A model generated the notes under the pieces. It was not told where the DNA came from, ran no database searches, and worked only from the letters and a program-made list of their open reading frames with translations. The position numbers were made by a program, and so were the translations under genes. This document shows positions 61,000 to 64,000 of a stretch of DNA of 64,000 bases, piece after piece. Source of the DNA: Raillietiella orientalis (Eukaryota); NCBI GenBank assembly GCA_036172245.1, contig JAYWIR010000070.1:1-64000 (forward strand), written 5' to 3'. The number at the start of each line of letters is the position of its first letter. Position 1 is the first letter of the stretch.

Positions 61000-63950
61000 C
61001 GCACTCTCTAAGCGCTCTCTCCGCGACCGACCCCACAGGAGCGATCAAGCGCCTCGGGTGGCAGGGGTTTCCAGGTCGCGTCTCCCGGGAAACAGAGCCC
61101 TTCTCTCTTCGTTCCTCTCTTTCTTCTCTGAGGGTGCCTGAGGCCGGACCTCGGATCCACCCGCAACGATCCCCTTCATCCGTGTGAAGCCGCCGCCCTC
61201 ATCTCCCCACGGAGGCGCGCCTTCGTGGGAACAGTGCGGGCGGTCCCAGAGCACCCAGCGACGTTGGCGGGAGCAACAGCTGCCCCCAGGGGCAGAATCT
61301 GACTCCAGCGTTCGTGTCCTCGGGGGAAACTCATCCCTGTGCTGAATGGGGTGGGCCAAAGGGTTGCTTCGCTGAGCTGGGCTCCTCAGAGAAGAGTCAA
61401 GCCTGAAGGGTGGAGGGAGGATTCACACACCCCTTACGAGGCGTCCCGACGCCACTTCCTTTCTGGCGAAGAGACTGCCGGGCCCGGCCCTTCCTGGAGA
61501 GGTCCTCCCAACTGGGAAAGGGGGAACCTTAGACCCTCCTCCCTCAGGCATCCTTCCCCTCGGGAAGGCGAAGGCTGAGAGGAGAAAGCCTACCCCTTTT
61601 CTGCCTCCCAGGAAAAAGGGAGCAGCAGGATCCTCAGACTACCCTTTAGGGGAGGAAGAAGACTCCCGGGATCGAAGACTTCCGACTTTATTGCATCGTT
61701 CCCTTCGGCGCAGATCAGAGCTCCGGCTTGGAGTCCTTCGGGATCCTCGACCTGGGAGCTGCCCTCTTCTGGAAGAGTCTCATCCCTCCTGGGCGCCTCT
61801 CGACCTCCGTCTGCTCTCCAAGGGACGAGAGCACTGCCCCTCCGTCGGTCCTGCCCTCTCTCAGGGCGTTCAGGGGCCGAGATCCCCACTTCTGCTGCGC
61901 CGACTCCTCACCGTGGGGCCTCCCCGGCTCTCCTCCGCAGCCGCGCTCCTGGAACATAGGAAAAGAAAGAGACGGGGGAAGGGAAGTTCAAAGGCCCTCC
62001 TGCACATCCCATGAGGGCGGATTGGCGTCAGGAAGGGAGGAATTTCGTCACAGCCCACCTGCGCGCACGTCCTCACCGCTCCTCCGGCGAGGCGGAAACT
62101 CCCGCAGCTCTGAAGGGCTGGAAGCAAAGAGCCCGTCTTTGGGGAAGTGGCCACCAGCCCCCTTCCCACCCTCCCTCCCGCTATCCTCCGCTTCCCTATT
62201 CCCCGCCTCTCCGACGCGGGCTGGACGCTCCTCTTGTGCGACTCCCCCCTCCCCTCCTGCCCGGGCTTATCCTGGAGGCTCCCCGGCTCACCTTCCATGC
62301 GGCGCCCTCGACGGCGCGGAGGAAAAGGAAACGTAGCCGAAGCGGCCACTTCCCTGCCGAGGGCCGAGCCCCCTCGGGACTGCAGGGAGTCCTGAGAGGG
62401 AAAGACGAAGAGGGACTGCCCCCCGCTTTTCCGAGGCCACCGCCGCGCCGCGAGCGGCGCGCAGAGCGGGCAAGCGAAGCCCACGAGGGAGGTCGTCCGA
62501 GCGGTGGCGGCGCAGGTGCCAAGGCCGCGGCGCACTCCGCTGTGCGGCGGGCCGGGAAGCCGCTCCTCCGCCTTCGCTCTCCCGAAAAGTCGCCCACGGC
62601 GCTGAGTGACCCCACCCTTTCGGGTTTCCGAGGTCTCCCAAGCTGCTGAGCTCGGGAGCACAGCGGCAGCATTCCAGGAGCTCCGGAGGAGCTCCTGAAA
62701 GGACCACCAGGCGTACCTCGTCCTCTGGTCGAGGGCAGAGTCACGAAGCCAGGAAAAGATCGCGGGAGGTCGCATTGGCTGGTCGCCATCCAACTTTTGG
62801 GCGAAGACCCACCGGAGATCTTCCCGTGGTTAGGTCCCGGGAGAAAGCTCCGAACAGCTGGACCCCAGCAGGAAGACGAGAGCAAGTCCGCGACAGAGTG
62901 TGCTGGCCGCACGGGTCGTCGCCCGCGATCCGAAAGGCGCTCCATCGACGGGAGTGTGAGGCTGCACCTCGCAGTAGCGCACAGGCTCGGGGTTGCTTGT
63001 TGCGCGCGCCGACGCACCGCGAAGCGGAGATGCAAGATGCCGGGACCGGCCCACGGATCTGCTGTACCCAAGGAGAGGAGAGCAGTCGCGATGACCACCC
63101 CTGGAGTCCGGGGAACCTTCCTGACGTCCCTGGCGGACGGTTCCCGATACCCACGACCTCTTCGAGCGGCGGAAGCAGAGGATGAGAATCGCGAGCGCCG
63201 CCCCCTCCGTGCCAGGCGTCCGGGCAGGGCAGGCGGTCCTGACCTCCTCGAGGAGGAAGACGGCAGGGAGGAGAGTGAGCGGTGAGCGCCCGAATTCCCG
63301 ACTTTCCTCTTCGTGCACCGCACAGATGTGCTCCCACAGCTCCATCTGCGAGTGCTTGACGAGCGCACCACGAGATGGCAGGCCCTTCCCAGTTAAAGCT
63401 CACCGAACGCCCGCGCTAAGGCAGAAGCCCTTCAAGCTCTGCTCCCTCGGGACTCTGAAGAGTGAAATCCCCCACTCTCCTCCCGCCCCCACAGACTCCG
63501 ACGCTGCTGCTGCTGCATTCTGCGGAGAGCCCAGTCTCTCACTGAAGGCAGGGTTTCCAGCGGAAAGCAAAGCTGGCGCGCGTGCCCTAGCGCGTGAGGG
63601 GCGAGTCGGCGATGGCAGCGACGAGCCGGAGGGAATTGCGCGCTCATGAGCACGCGCGCCGCCTCGCACAGCCGTTCCGTTCCTACGAGGAAGCGCTCCA
63701 CTTACGGAAACCTCCCGATCCAGGCGGAATCTGGCTTCCTGGAGCTGCTCCACGAGCTTGTCCTTCTCCGCTTCCAGGGTAACTATCAGCGGCTTCAGCT
63801 CTTTCTGAAAAAGGGAGTGCGATTCTTTATCGAGAACCCGACTCGTCTTCCAGAACCCAAGCGCGTGGTGCCCTCGGAGTGCGCTTGAGCACCGCTCGCG
63901 TTTTCAAAATCTCCACCCGAAACATCTCATCTTATTGAGGGCTGCTATGG
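61000..63950 (-). mobile_element. gag-like ORF1 remnant of a Tx1/L1-type LINE
   Basis: RRM-like 'KDKLVEQLQEARFRL', a broken knuckle 'RR-WSCGSTS-VRC' (~63315-63350), then a long GC-rich low-complexity region. Confidence 0.4.
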
Positions 63951-64000
63951 ATTCATCTCGCAGCGGTCTCCATGTGAATTCAGCAGGAACCTGACTTGTT

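Noticed and set aside
61870..63403. Long overlapping ORFs (307-391 aa) as real genes
   Set aside because: GC-rich low-complexity DNA is open in several frames on both strands, and no intact domain is present.

Overview
Eukaryotic, repeat-saturated DNA, probably from an invertebrate or arthropod (inferred from the TE types). No intact host gene, rRNA, genuine tRNA gene or CRISPR array could be supported. Almost everything recognisable is a decayed, often nested mobile element: several L1/Tx1-type LINEs (APE endonuclease, RT, CCHC), Utopia/NeSL-type RT+restriction-like-endonuclease retrotransposons, a mariner 3' end with its TIR, and Ty3/gypsy and probable BEL pol remnants. The most distinctive item is a five-copy tRNA-headed SINE-like family. 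It occurs as a short poly(A)-tailed monomer (3249-3493), three ~760-800 bp forms and one tail-only fragment. The long form adds an array of ~40-bp hairpin units with cUUCGg-type loops and a conserved tail, and that tail is contiguous with a Tx1-like LINE 3' end at ~15.2-15.4 kb. Other notable items are repeated tail-to-tail nesting of one LINE family, tandem Utopia-like 3' ends followed by a possible U2 snRNA target remnant, and a candidate endogenous bunyavirus-like RdRp remnant. A minus-strand excess of TE/EVE fragments suggests a piRNA-cluster-like locus. All alignments and motif calls were made by eye, and boundaries of degenerate elements are approximate.
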